Position numbers and translations under genes: made by a program. From Ranitomeya imitator (taxonomy: Eukaryota), in contig NC_091282.1 in NCBI RefSeq assembly GCF_032444005.1, positions 1,189,594,001 to 1,189,658,000 of the forward strand: DNA of 64,000 nucleotides, read 5' to 3'. The number at the start of each line of letters is the position of its first letter. The first letter of the stretch is position 1. Below are positions 10,380-24,092 of the stretch, piece after piece. Below the pieces are notes generated by a model. The model ran no database searches. It saw nothing but the letters and a program-made list of their open reading frames with translations, and was not told where the DNA came from.

Positions 10380-11984
10380 ATTAAAAAATGAGTACACCCC
10401 TCACTAAAGCTACAGCACCTATTGTTTCTATGACCTCTATGAGTTTTAAGGACAGTACTTGGTCTTCTAGGCACAGAATGAACACGTTGGCGACATATTA
10501 CAACATTTATCTTTTTTTCATTCTTCAAGAACGACCTGGATGGAGAGTCAGGACAACTTGTATCTTCAGAATTTCAGCTAAGTGTTAGATTGGGTTCATA
10601 TGAGATATTTGGTCACTGAATCACTATCACCCTTTTTCTTGTCTTCAGTGAGATATTGATTAAAATCTTACTTTGTGGTTTTCTTTTACAAAGTTGTGTA
10701 CTCACTTATGCTGAGCACAATATGACACGTGGCTGCTTTTCCCAGCGATTGGTGCACATCAGGTTTTTAACCTCTTCACGAACTATGACATTTAGGTACA
10801 TCATAGGTTGCTTCCCTCGCTTTGATGCAGGCTCAGGCGGGCGTTTTATAGATGCCTCGCCATTACTAACCTGTGGGCTTGATGTCAGCGGCCATAAAAC
10901 AGCTCACATCCACCCCACAAACATTACTCCATTTGCCACTGCAGCAGGGCAAGTGAGAAGAGCTGGGCAAATAGCCAGAATAGATGCACCTTTTCTGAGG
11001 TGGTGCAGGCTGCTATGTTGAGGCTGAAGGGGCCACGATTATCCATGGCCCATTTCCAACCTGAGAATACCAGCCCCTAGCTGTCTGCTTTAGCTTGGCT
11101 GATTGTCAAAAATGCGAGGGATCCCACATGGTTTTTTTTATTATTTATTTAATTTTTTTTTTTTTAAAGATGACATGGGAACCCCTCTATTCTTGATGAC
11201 CAGCCATCATAAAGCTGACAGCTGAGGGTTGTAGCCCACAGCTGTCAGTTTTGCTTGCGCTGGTTATGATCTAACCGCCAATCAGAGCCCGTGTTTGCCG
11301 CTTTGTTATGCAGATGTCATGTAGATCACAGCAAAGCAAAGAGCAGATGTTCAAGACCCAATTCGTCTGAATAGGGCTTAATGGGGTATTCTAAAGCTAT
11401 CCTTGAGCTGTTAAGAGAAATGAGTATCCTTACTTCTTGGTTTCTAGCTCTCCTCCATAAGTGACAGGTTTGGTGAATAATTGAACTATAGTATTTTTAG
11501 AACTATAAAGCTCAGCATGTGTCCTGCTACTGCACATTCAGCCATCAGTGGTTTGTTCTGGATTCTATACTGTTAGCATAGGGATTTTGTACAAGCACCC
11601 AACTCCAGACAGGGAGAGCAGAGAGCCGTGATTAGCAGACCTGCTCTGAAAGCTGCTCAGCTGGTGATCTATAACTGCATCTCTTCAGAAGATGAGATGG
11701 AGGTGGAAGGAGAAAATCAATGGGCTGAAAAGAGTTGACTGGAATGATCGTAGTCTCGTAACCCCTCTCCTGGAAAGTACCCCCTGCACACTTTCAGCCA
11801 AGCTCCATGTAAGTGGGTTGTACACTATAACATATAAACAGCTGTAGTTGCAGGAGAACAACATTATAGAAAAGCAAGTCAATTTCAAACTTGCTTATTT
11901 TCATGCTGTCTAGCGAATTAAAGGAATTTAATAACTTGAGAACTTGAGCAACATCACATCTAAGACATTCCCTGTTCCTTTTAA

Positions 11985-12409
11985 AGCACCACTCCAGCAT
12001 TTGTTTGTTTTTCAGCGCTGGAGTGGCATTTAAATATTAACCCTCTGCCCCTCTTATACTCACTTTTCGGTGGCTTCACCTGTCACGGACGTCACTCCGA
12101 TCCCACTGCACCATCTTGTGCCTGTAACTTTTGATTGGCCGGAAGTCATAAGTTACATCACAAAAGCTCAATGCAAGTCTATGAGACTCAGATCGAGGAA
12201 CTCAAAGACTTGTATTGAGTCGTGACCTCCGGCGAGCTCCATAAAACACTGGAGTTGCCGGCAGGTCACTTTTTGTCGGAGACCGATATAAGCGACGCTG
12301 TAATAGGATGAAGGTGACGGCAGGTGAGTATGAGACATGGAGCAGGAGAATTATATTTAAAGCGCCACTCCAGTGGTGCAATAAAAAATAAAAACGCAGG
12401 AGTGGTGCT
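11985..12409. mobile_element. Kolobok/T2-type MITE
   Basis: TIR AGCACCACTCC / GGAGTGGTGCT, TTAA at 11981-11984 and 12410-12413. Confidence 0.8.
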
Positions 12410-14639
12410 TTAAGCTTTTCTCCCTTGTGATCTTCAAAGATATCTAAAACACATATGGATGATATAGTTGATGCATCAACTTTTTGCTATTTTTTTAAAT
12501 TTTGTTTTGCCAAATTCTAGAAGTAAACACATTAGTAAATCCGACCTACTGACGTTAATCGGGAAAAATGTTATACATTTATAAGAGACATCAGATCATA
12601 ACTAACATATCAGTCAATGTAGATGATGAGATGTCTCACCATCGATTATCATCTGGCTCTTGATTTATTGGTACGAATGACACAGTAGGGGGTCTTATCC
12701 ATTTTGTTCATGAAACAAATGATGTCTAAGCAATAATGAGACCTTCTGATCATCATGTCATATGTCATTGTGTTTGACGAGAATCATCCAACCGAAAGGT
12801 CCTTAGCTACAACCTAAGTCAACAGGTTTCCACTTACATCTTTCTTATCGGAAAACCAGTAAGAATTTTCATTTCGTTCACCTTTCAGCTCTCCATCGGG
12901 CTGCCTAATATAAAGCCATCAGTTTAGATGATGTCAACGTTCAACTGTTGGTCACCAGTAATAATTTATGAATTCTTAGGTTAATAAATGATGTTCTGGG
13001 ACTGTCAGCGCCGGTTACATCGTCCATTCATATTTTATATTACTATATTACAGTACACTGCCGGTTTATACACATGAATGATTTCCTAAATACATAGTCC
13101 TACAATCAGAACACATTCACATTTTCTTCATTGCTAGAAATCCGGTGTACAATGGAGATCCAATGACATTTCATATGATTTCACCCGGCATCTGCAGCTA
13201 TTACAGCCGCTGCTCAAAAGACACAGGTAATCCATAGCGTGATGCCATGCTGACCTTTCTTATAATCCTGACGCATTTCATACAGAGGAAAGAAAAAAAA
13301 AATTTACATTGTGTATGTAGAAATAGCAGAACTGAGCTGGGATCAAATCATTAATCCAACCAGTTACAGGATTGGCAGGAACCAGACTGTATTATCCTAA
13401 TTTACTGAATCCCTTACATGGCAAGTTCAATATTTTATCCTCGATGATAATTATTATATTTGAAGTTTTTTTTTTAATGAATGATGTTGTAAATTGCAAA
13501 TATAAATACAAAAAATATATATATTATATATATCCCAATTGCTAAAAGTTATGCTGGGATATTAAAAAATATGTGGACACTTTTATAAGGAATTTTAAAG
13601 GATTTCTTACCACTCTAACTCTCTAAGTTAAACCAAACTAATGATAATTACCTGCAGTCCCATGTAAAACAATTATAATTCATAGAAATAAAATGTATTG
13701 TACATGCTATGCAAAAAAAAAACCAATTAAAATCAGTCTTTATAGATTTTTACATAACACTAATAATGAGGTTAATTACCGGCAGCGAATACTTTGTGGT
13801 TACACGTTAGATCACTTGGAACAATGGTATGTTTCTACTGAAAGGATGATTATTATTTACTAACATTGGGTATCCATAACATTGGGTTTCCATTATCAGT
13901 GAATGAAGATAACTCCATTAGGGTCATGCTATGTTACACCCAGCTCTGCTACATCTGTACATCACACATTTCTAATAAGAAACTATGAATTTCCTTTGTT
14001 CCAAACTTTCCAGTATAAACATGTAGTAGTATCTTCTCCCATTTTAATGGCTAAGTAAAGAGATGAAAACAATGGAAAGATTTCTAGACTAGTTTGGTCT
14101 CTTGATTAAGACATTCTCCGGAAGGAAGAATATTGCGATTTGTTCTTTGGATGTGAAAATTAATGGAGCTAATACCTAGAAGTGTTCACCTTAAGGGCAG
14201 GTGAAGACCACCGTATGGCCTCCATCTGAACAAATCGGTCCTGTTATGCTAATCACATGCTGATCAGAGTTTGATTAACGTTTCATCGATGTGGGATCCG
14301 TGGAGAATTAAAAAAAAAAAAAAAGTTTCTCCAACTTCTCCATTGAGTCTGATCTGATGTTTTCCATGGACCCACAGACATGAATGGGCGAGTGTCATCC
14401 CATTATCAGAGGCAAATTGGGCATCTCGTGATTTTTTTTACTTGCGTCTGAAAAAAAATATTGGACATGTGCATCGCCCCATAGAATAACATTGCTCCTA
14501 GTGCTATCTGATGCTTTATAATGGATCACACGAGTGAATGCGCTGACAGATTCTCAGTTAACTTATTCTGCAGCCAGCAATAAGCAGTGCAACGCAAAGA
14601 GCTATGGCAGGCAAACGGTGCAACATTTTAAATAAACCA

Positions 14640-14700
14640 AGCGACAAAAATAATTTTTAGACAAAAATAATTTTTAGACAAAAATAATTTTTAGACAAAA
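14640..14700. repeat. Triple tandem 17-mer AAAAATAATTTTTAGAC
   Basis: Three adjacent copies about 150 nt into the STK32 intron. Confidence 0.85.
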
Positions 14701-14841
14701 ATACATACAATTTAGTAAAAAAGATAAAAATTTCCCAATAAATGATCACAACTAGTCACAAAGGGAGTAGACATCACACAACAGACTGCTGGAAGCATCT
14801 GGATACTATTTCAGCACCATGCACACTGGACAGCTCCTTAC

Positions 14842-14893
14842 CGTCTTCGTTCTCGTCAAACACTGGAGCTTTGTGTGAGTGATTGGCACCCAT
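14842..14893 (-). CDS. STK32A: First coding exon (52 nt) of serine/threonine kinase 32 (YANK family), most likely STK32A; STK32B not excluded
   Basis: Minus strand ATG GGT GCC AAT CAC TCA CAC AAA GCT CCA GTG TTT GAC GAG AAC GAA GAC G|GTAAGG reads MGANHSHKAPVFDENED with a phase-1 donor. This matches the STK32A/B N-terminus and its 52-nt first coding exon as I recall them; GAN and KAPVFDENED favour STK32A. The next exon (NFDHF..ILRAIGKGSFGK) was not found in the window. Confidence 0.9.
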
Positions 14894-15324
14894 AATAGTA
14901 ATCCACTGGGTTTTCACCATCCCCAATAAGAATAATCCTAGCCTGGGGGAGTTTGGAGCATCTCAGCGGAAACAGAAGGCTTCCATGTCACAATAGAAAG
15001 CCATTGCGCTTTCTGATTCTTGCCAAGCAGGATGCACAGGGCTCCACAGGCTGGCTGCAGTTTTCTAGCTCTTCATCATCCCTGATTCCAGGTTACACAC
15101 ACACAGATGAAGTCTTCAGATTGCTGTCCATGCCTTTATTTCTCTCCAGTAGCCCTTGCTTAAGGGTTTTCATCAGAAGCTGTGGGACTGGAGTATACAG
15201 CTGGTGGGCAGGGGAAATTCTGGGATCCAGTAGACACAGCAGAGCTGATCCATCCCTCCCTTGACACGCTGCAATTGCTTCTTCTATTTAGTAACGTGCT
15301 GCTCATGCCATATCAATGCAAGGG

Positions 15325-15460
15325 GGCGAGAGGAGGAGGAGGAGGAGAACAGCTCTTGTGATCTTAGCAAAATGAGACACTGAAGTGCATTACCATAGTC
15401 ACAGCTTGAGGTGTGCGGAGCCCTCGGCTGACAATACAGGTAGTGGCGGGGACCGAGCCA
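15325..15460 (-). promoter_or_regulatory. Candidate promoter / non-coding first exon region of the STK32 gene
   Basis: (GAG)n tract and a GGCGGG GC box in unique sequence ~450-550 nt upstream of the ATG. A possible acceptor TGCTCCAAACTCCCCCAG| at 14943 and a weak donor near 15390. Inference only. Confidence 0.3.
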
Positions 15461-17419
15461 CATCATTGACCCTAGGTACAAACAAATGTTCAAATTTGTA
15501 TTCGTCACGGCAAGGCTTGCCCTTAAAGGACATACAGGCATAGATATTTTACTACCAAGTAGTCAGTATGGGAAATCATTAACGTCATTATCGCTGTCAT
15601 CTGGCGAAGAAAAACAATTTCCAAATAATCCACCCCCAAAATTTGTTTTTTTACCATAGTAGAACACAGCTACAAAAAACATATTCCTATTTGGAAGACC
15701 CAGTATGTCCATATATCGCTTGGATATCCCATTGAATTAAAGAAAAGTTATATTACAAAATTACCTATTGTTTAAATAATTTTTTCGGTCAATTTTTTGT
15801 TGTTAAACTTGCCATTTCCATCAGCTTTTATTAAAATAAAAAATTGTGATCTTGCAATTTTCACACTGGCCACTGAGTTTTTTTTTTTTTTTATTTATTT
15901 TTTTTTAGACTCATGCTTTCTGTCTTTTCCAGAAAAGTTTCCAGCAGCCTCATTGTCACAACAGACACTATAACAGTGACAGGCAAGACCACTATAGAAA
16001 GCCTGAAACACTATAGGAGATGTTACTGCTTCCCCTGTTATTCCTACCTTCACAATGATCCTTGCTCATTAGATGCATCAAAAGAAAGGGTCCAGGTTTT
16101 GACCATTGTGGCTGTGTACATATGTTGTTTCCTGAAACAACAGGAAGTTAGAATTTAAAAAAAAAAGCCCCAGTGGCCAGTGTCAAAACTGATAGATTTC
16201 TATTTTAAAAGATACAGATTGTGTTATGTAAAAAAAGGAAAAAAAAAACATTGCTGAAAGTTAAAATAAAAAAACAAACAAATTTACCACAAAAATCTGA
16301 TTTAAAAGATAGGTAAAAAAAAAAAACAGTGGCCGGTGTGGAAATTGCACAATATCTATGTTTTCTTATTTCTAATACAGATTGTGATATGTAAAATTAA
16401 AAAGAAAAACATTGGCAAAAAGAACAAGTAAATTTAACACAAAAATCTGACTTAAAAGGGTTGTCTGGTCAAAAACGATTAGTCTGCAGTCACTTTGTAT
16501 GCTACGGGGATTCGCCGGTTTCAGACCCAGGACAGGAGGGTATGTGTGAGCTATAGATACTCCTGGCCAGTGTGCGTGGCTTCCCTCCATGCACTTGTAT
16601 TGAACGGAGGCCACGCTCTATCTATTGACATGGCTGGCCAAGTGTATGGAGAGCGAGATTCTGCCCACTGGCCGGGGCTATGTATAACTCATACATACCA
16701 TCCGGTCTGAAAGTGGTCTGTAACTCCTTAGTTCCCCTGTAGTGATGCTGCTGGGAAACTGAAGATTTGCAAAGGAGTTCCTCTGTAGTTTAAGGCTGAT
16801 CATTGGGATCCCAGCTGCCGGACTCCCCTTAATCAGTTGATTGTTGGGGGACATTTCAATAGCCAGAGATTACTCAAAAAGTAAAAGTTTGAACACTGAT
16901 GTTGCCCTACATGGAGAACGTTCAGCAGATGTTCCTTCAACTCTTACGTTTATTCTATGGAGTAAGAGGCACCTAATCGGAGGTCAAGCATGTGCCAGGA
17001 AGATACGCCTCTCCTGGCTGTGGGCTTTGGTTGAGTTGTACTAATGCTAATTTCTGACACCGTCCCTTCTGTTAAACCTTGGCCACTTTTTAGAAAAATT
17101 ACAAAAACCATGGCAAGTGATGCAAATGAGGCATAGCCCAAAACTTGAAGCCTTTTTTTATACAATTCTTGTGCACAGACCCCAATTTCCCCCATGAAAG
17201 GGGTCCCCATCAGTACATAATGACTGTTAAAACCAAGCACAGGCATCCGGTGCACGGTGACACTTACCTGTTTTCCATCTATCTCTGCTCTTCTTTGGCT
17301 TTATAAAGCCAGAACTGTCAATCAAAGACATAACACTTATTAATGGCCACATTTCTCATTTACTACTATCACATTTTATTATTTGTGTCAATGATACTTG
17401 CCTCCGTTGTGATTAGATA

Positions 17420-20400
17420 CAACAGAGGATGACAGAGGAGAACAAAGGACAACAGAGGACAACAGAGGATGACAGTGGAGAACTGAGGACAACAGAGGAG
17501 TACAGATGATGACAGAGGAGAACAGAGGACAACAGAGGATGACAGTGGAGAACTGAGGACAACAGAGGAGTACAGAGGATGACAGAGGAGAACAGAGGAC
17601 AACAGAGGACAAAAGCAAAAGAGGAGAAAAGAGGACAATAGAGGAGTACAGAGGATGACAGGAGTACAGAGGATGGCATAGGAGAACAGAGGACGACAGA
17701 GGAGTAAAGAGGATGACAGAGGTTTACAGAGGAGTACAAAGGACAACAGAGGAGTATAGAGGACAACAGAGGAGTACAGAGGACAACAGAGGAGTACAGA
17801 GGACAACAGAGGAGTACAGAGGACAACAGAGGAGTACAGAGAACGACAGAGGAGTACAGGGTGGGCCATTTATATGGCTACACCTAAATAAAATGGGAAT
17901 GGCTGGTGATATCAATTTCCTGTTTGTGGCGCATTAGAATATGGGAGGGGGGAACTTTTCAACATGGGTGGTGACCATGGTGGCCATTTTGAAGTCAGCC
18001 ATTTTGAATCAAACTTTGTTTTTTTCAAAGGGAAGAGGGTCATGGGACACATCAAACGTATTGAGAATTTCATAAGATAAACAATGGTGTGCTTGGTTTT
18101 AACTGAATTTTGTTCTTTCATGAGTTCAAAGTGCTGCCCATTGTGTTGGATTGTCAATGCAACCCTCTTCTCCCACTCTTGACACACTGATAGCAACACG
18201 GCAGAAGAAATGCCAGCACAGGCTTCCAGTATCCGTTCTTTCAGACGCTGCACATCTTGTATCTTCACAGCATAGACAATTGTGTTCAGATGACCTCAAA
18301 GATAGAAGCCTAAGGGGGTCAGATCGGGAAACCTTGGTGGCCATTCAACTGGCTCACTATGACCATCACGATGACATGTTGCCCTCTTTATGCGCTGAAG
18401 ATGGCACGTTCCTGGAGTTTTTCCAGCAAGATGGTGCACCACCACATTTTGGGTGCCAGGTCTGAGCATTCCTACATGACCAGTTTCCTGGAAAGTGGTT
18501 TGGTCTTCAAGGGCCAGTTGAATGGCCAACAAGGTCTCCCAATCTGACCCCCTTAGACTTTTATCTTTGGGGTCATCTGAAGGCAATTGTCTATGTTGTG
18601 AAGATACGAGAGCACTTTGGACACATTTTATAAGTGGTCATAAACTTGTAAATAACTCATGAAAGAATAAAGTTACATCAAAACCAAGCACACCATTGTT
18701 TTTCGTGTGAAATTCTCAATACATTTGCTGTATCACATGACCCTCTTCCCATTGGAAAAATAAAGTTGGATCCAAAAGGGCAGACTTCAAAATGGCCGCC
18801 ATGGTCACCACCCATCTTGAAAAGTTTTCCCCCTCCCATCCCTAATGTGCCACAAACAGGAAGTTGATATCACCAACCATTCCCATTTTATTTAGGTGTA
18901 TCCATATAAATGGTCTACCTGTACAGAGGACGACAGAAGACTACAGAGGAGAACAGAGGATAACAGAGTACAGAGGATGACAGAGAAGTTTAGAGAACAA
19001 CAGAGGAGAACAGAGGACAACAGAGGAGTACAGAGGTCAACAGAGGAGTACAGATGATGACAGAGGAGAATAGAGGAGTACAGAGGACGACAGAGGAGAA
19101 CAGAGGATGACAGAGGAGTACAGAGGGTGACAGAGGAGAACAGAGGACAACAGAGGAGTACAGAGGACAACAGAGGAGTACAGAGGACGACAGAGGACAA
19201 CAGAGGACAACAGAGGAGAACAGAGGAGCACAGAGGAGAACAGAGGAGAACAGAGGACGACAGAGGAAAACAGAGGACAACAGAGGATGACAGAGGAGTA
19301 CAGAGGACAACAGAGGACTACAGAGGACGACAGAGGAGAATAGAGGACAACAGAGGAGAACAGAGGACAACAGAGGAGCACAGAGGAGAACAGAGGAGCA
19401 CAGAGGAGAACAGAGGACGACAGAGGAAAACAGAGGATGACAGAGGAGTACAGAGGATGACAGAGGAGAACAGAGGACGACAGAGGAATACAGAGGAAAA
19501 CAAAGAACAGAGGAGTACAGAGGACGATAGAAGAGAACAGAAGACGACAGAGGAGTACAGAGGACAACAGAGGACAACAGAGGATGACAGAGAATGATAG
19601 AGGATGACAGAGGAGTACAGAGGATGACAGAGGACAACAGAGGAGAACAGAGGATGATGAAGGCCGACAGAGGAGAACAGATGACGACAGAGGAGAACAG
19701 AGGACGACAGAGGAGAACAGAGGACGACAGAGGAGAACAGAGAACGACAGAGGAGTACAGAGGACGACTGAGGAGAACAGAGGAATACAGAGGATGACAA
19801 AGGAGAGCAGAGAACGACAGAGGAGTACAGAAGACGACAGAGGAGAACAGAGGAATACAAAGGAGAACAGAGGACGACAGAGGAGTACAGAGGATGACAG
19901 AGGAGTACAGAGGATGACAGAGGAGAACAGAGAAGTACAGAGGATGACAGAGGAGTACAGAGGACGACAGAGGAGTACAGAGGACGACAGAGTACAGAGG
20001 ATGACAGAGGATGACAGAGGAGAACAGAAGATGACGGAGGAGAACAGAGGATGGCAGAAGAGTACAAAGGATGACAGAGGAGAACAGAGGTCGACAGAGG
20101 AGTACAGAGGATGACAGAGGCCGACAGAGGAGTACAGAGGATGACGGAGGAGAACAGAGGATGACAGTGGAGAACAGAGGACGACAGAGGAGTACAGAGG
20201 ACAACAGAGGAGTACAGAGGATGACAGTACAGAGGATGACCAGAGGAGGACAGAGGAGAACAGAGGACGACAGAGGAGTAGAGAGGATGACAGAGGATGA
20301 CTGAGGAGTACAGAGGAGTGCACAGGTCGACAGAGGAGTACAGAGGACGACAGAGGAGTAGAGAGGATGACAGAGGAGAACAGAGGATGACAGTGGAGAA

Positions 20401-21330
20401 CAGAGGACGACAGAGGAGTAGAGAGGACGACAAGTACAGAGGATGACTGAGGAGAACAGAGGATGATGGGGGAGAACAGAGGATGACAGAGGAGAGCAGA
20501 GGATGACAGAACAGTACAGAGGATGACAGAGGAGAAGAGAGGATGACAGAGGATGACAGAGCCCGACAGAGCAGTACAGAGGACGACAGAGTACAGAGGA
20601 TGACAGTGGAGAAAAGAGGACGACAGAGGAATGCAGAGGATGACAGAGGACGACAGAGGAGTACAGAGGATGACAGAGTACAGAGGACGACAGAGGAGAA
20701 CAGAGGAGTACAGAGGATGACAAAGGAGAGCAGAGAACGACAGAGGAGTACAGAGGACGACTGAGGAGAACAGAGGAATACAGAGGATGACAAAGGAGAG
20801 CAGAGAACGACAGAGGAGTACAGAAGACGACAGAGGAGAACAGAGGAATACAGAGGAGAACAGAGGAGTACAGAGGAGTACAGAGGATGACAGAGGAGTA
20901 CAGAGGATGACAGAGGAGAACAGAGAAGTACAGAGGATGACAGAGGATTACAGAGGAGTATAGAGAACGACAGAGGAGTACAGAGGATGAGAGAGGAGAA
21001 CAGAGGAGTACAGAGAAGTACAGAGGATGACAGAGTAGTGCAGAGGATGACAGAGGATTACAGAGGAGTATAGAGAACGACAGACGAGTACAGAGGATGA
21101 GAGAGGAGAACAGAGGAGTACAGAGGATGAGAGAGGAGTACAGAGGATGAGAGAGGAGAGCAGAGGAGTACAGAGTAGTGCAGAGGATGACAGAGGATTA
21201 CAGAGGAGTATAGAGAACGACAGAGAAGTACAGAGGATGACAGAGGATTACAGAGGAGTATAGAGAACGACAGAGAAGTACAGAGGATGACAGAGTAGTG
21301 CAGAAGATGACAGAGGATTACAGAAGAGTA
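17420..21330. repeat. 10-bp purine-rich satellite (CAGAGGAxxx: GTA/GAA/CGA/TGA/CAA variants)
   Basis: About 2.8 kb of tandem 10-mers, interrupted at 17857-18921. Confidence 0.97.
17857..18921. mobile_element. Non-autonomous Tc1/mariner derivative made of two transposase 3' halves
   Basis: TIR CAGGGTGGGCCATTTATATGG.. / ..CCATATAAATGGTCTACCTG with TA TSD. Plus strand FQQDGAPPH..WP.RSPNLTPLDFYLWGHLK; minus strand WPPRFPDLTPLGFYL..ERILEAC..GQHFE. Confidence 0.9.
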
Positions 21331-21531
21331 CAGTTTTATCAATTCCAAATAAAACTAACATGGCAACAAAGATGCAATTTTCATTTTCTTAAGGTTTTCA
21401 CTGTTATAGGTCTAGAAAGAAAACAATTGGAAAACATAAAATGATGCTGCCCTCTGGTGGTCATCTCAAGTTTCCAGCAATTCTGTATGCCATAAAATGC
21501 AAAAATCAAGGCAAGTACAGGGAGGGTTTAA

Positions 21532-22018
21532 AGCTAAGTTTACACTAGGCATTTTTTGCAGCTTTTTTTTAAGCAAATTTCCAGCTGCGTTTACCTTACA
21601 AGCAAAGTCTATGAGATTTCAGAAATCTCATGCAGACACATTGGTTTTTTTGTCATCGGGATTTTGCTCTTTGCATGGTTTTTTTGCACAATGGAGCATG
21701 TCAGCGCATTTTCAGCATTTTTCACCTATTGAAATGAATGGATGGTGAAAAAAACCCCCCACAAAACCCAGGTATTAGGTTTAGCTGCGTTTTTTGTGCC
21801 AAAATCTGATTCTATAGAATATGACTTTTTTTTTCAACACTAAGCTTTATCAGCATGCACAAGAGGCAAACCTAGCATGCCAAAACAGCAGCAAAAAATG
21901 CAAGAAAAGCCAAGGACAACATTCTTTTTGCTGCAGCTTCTTTCTTGCCAAGAGATCAGGTTTTGTTGCAAAAAAAAAAAAAAAAAACGCTGCCAAAACG
22001 GCTGGTGTGAACTTACCC
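21532..22018. mobile_element. Older Harbinger-like MITE
   Basis: AGCTAAGTTTACAC / GTGTGAACTTACCC with TAA on both sides and A/T-tract-rich inverted arms. Confidence 0.65.
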
Positions 22019-22541
22019 TAATGGATGCAATTGCTACCGGATGTCTACATCTGTTATCTGTCCCATAAAAGCGACATGCCGTGGTAGTGATAAATATCCG
22101 CAGATTGAATATGATGATTTTCTACAGATTACTGGAGTTATTCTCTTTAAAGGGTTACAGTCGTTTTAATACCCATTTAATAAATCAATAGCATTTGTGA
22201 AAATAAGAAACTGGGGAGAGAACAAACAAACTTATCGCAGATTTTAACCTTGGTGCGATCTGAATCCAAGACCCTTGTGTTGCAAAGCTATGTGCTAACC
22301 ACTGAGCCACCATACTGCCCCTTTTATGGGCTATGCAAGTGATTACCAAGATACACAAGTCAGGAGAGATGACGTCTTCTTTAAGACCAACCTGTCAGCG
22401 CCAACTGACTGTACAAACGAAGCACAGGTGTTAGGTGCACCCTTGTCGCGGCCAAATAATTCAGTGCACCTTCCCACCTGCTCGTTTTTTATCCAATAAA
22501 GCTAGAGTCGTCAAAGAAAGAGGAGGATGGAGATAGATGTA

Positions 22542-24092
22542 CAGGAGCTTCTCACAAAATGAGAATATCATCAAAAGGTTCATTTATTTCATTTCTTCAA
22601 TACAAAAAGTGAAACTCATATATTATATAGAGTCATTACAGAGTGGTGTATTTCAAGTATTTATTTCTGTTAATGTTAATGATTATGGCTTACAGCCAAT
22701 GAAAACCCAAAAGTCATTATCTCAGTAAGTTAGAATACTTTATAACACCAGCTTGAAAAATGATTTTAAAATCCAAAATGTTGGGCTACTGAAATGTATG
22801 TTCAGTAAATGCACTCAATACTTGGTCAGGCTCCTTTTACATCAATCACTGCATCAATGCGGTGTGGCATGGAGGCGATCAGCCTGTGGTACTGCTGAGG
22901 GGTTATGGAAGCCCAGGTTGCTTTGATAGCAGCCTTCAGCTCGTCTGCATTGTTGGGTCGGGTGACTCATCTTCCTCTTGACAATACTCCATAGATTCTC
23001 TATGGAGTTAAGGTCAGGTGAGTTTGCTGCCAATCAAGCACAGTGATACTGTTGTTTGTACACCAGGTATTGGTACTTTTGGCAGTGTGGACAGGTGCCA
23101 AGTCCTGCTGGAAAATGAAATTTCCATTTCCAATAAGCTTGTCGGCACAGGGAAGCATGAAGTGTCCTAAAAATTCCTGGTAGACGGCTGCGCTGACTTT
23201 GGTCTTGATAAAACACAGTGGACCTACACCAGCAGATGACATGGCTCCCAAAACCATCACTGATTGTGGAGACTTCACACTAGATCTCCAGCAGCTTGGA
23301 TTGTGGCCTCTACACTCTTCCTCCAGACTCTGGGACCTTGATTTCCAAATGAAATGCAATATTTGCTTTCATCTGAAAACAACACCTTAGACGCCTGAGC
23401 AACAGTCCAGTTCTTTTCCTCTTTGGCTCAGGTAAGACGCTTCTGGCGTTGTCTATTGGTCATGAGTGACTTGACACAAGGAATGTGACACTTGTAGCCC
23501 ATGTCCTGGATACGTCTGTGTGTGGTGGCTCTGGAAGCAATGACTCCAGCAGTAGTCCACTCCATGTGAATCTCCCCCAAACTTTTCAATGGCCTTTGCT
23601 TAACCATCCTTTCAAGGCTGCGGTTATCCCAGTTGCTTGTGCACCTTTTTCTACCACACTTTTTCCTTGCACTCAAATTTCCAATAATATACTTGGATAC
23701 AGCACTCTGTGAACAGCCAGCTTCTATAGCAATGACCTTTTGTGTCTTACCCTCCTTGTGGAGTGTGTCAATGACTGCCTTATGGACATCTGTCAAGTCA
23801 GCAGTCTTCCCCATGATTGTGGAGCCTACTGAAACAAAGTAAGGGACCTTTTTAAACACTTAGGAAGTCTTTGCAGGTGTTTTTTTTGTTAATTAGTCTA
23901 ATTTACTGAGTTAATGACTTTTGGGTTTTCATTGGCTGTAATGCATAATCATTAACGTTAACAGAAATAAACACTTGAAATAGATCACTCTGTTTGTAAT
24001 GACCTATATAATACATGAGTTTTACTTTTTGTATTGAAGAACTGAAATAACTTAACTTTGTAATGATATTCTAATTTTGTGAGAAGCACCTG
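22542..24092 (-). mobile_element. Full-length but degenerate Tc1 DNA transposon
   Basis: TIR CAGGAGCTTCTCACAAAATGAGAATATC / GATATTCTAATTTTGTGAGAAGCACCTG, TA TSD at 22540-41 and 24093-94. Confidence 0.92.
22800..23814 (-). pseudogene. Tc1 transposase pseudogene
   Basis: MGKTADLT..HKEGKTQKVIA (paired-like HTH), CGRKRCTS, SVKSPQSVMVLGAMSSAGVG, FQQDLAP.H, IENLW; broken by stops and frameshifts. Confidence 0.88.

Noticed and set aside
12839-12906. Minus-strand exon-like segment (TTAG|...|GTAAG, QPDGELKGERNENSYWFSDKKR)
   Set aside because: Splice signals are plausible but the peptide does not resemble STK32 or anything I recognise; chance occurrence is likely.
13138-13227. Plus-strand exon-like segment (CTAG|...CAG|GTAAT), open in two frames
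   Set aside because: Antisense to the host gene, with no homology recognised.
17369-21348. Long ORFs up to 577 aa (SSVLLC... and TEEYRG... repeats)
   Set aside because: Stop-free read-through of the 10-bp satellite.
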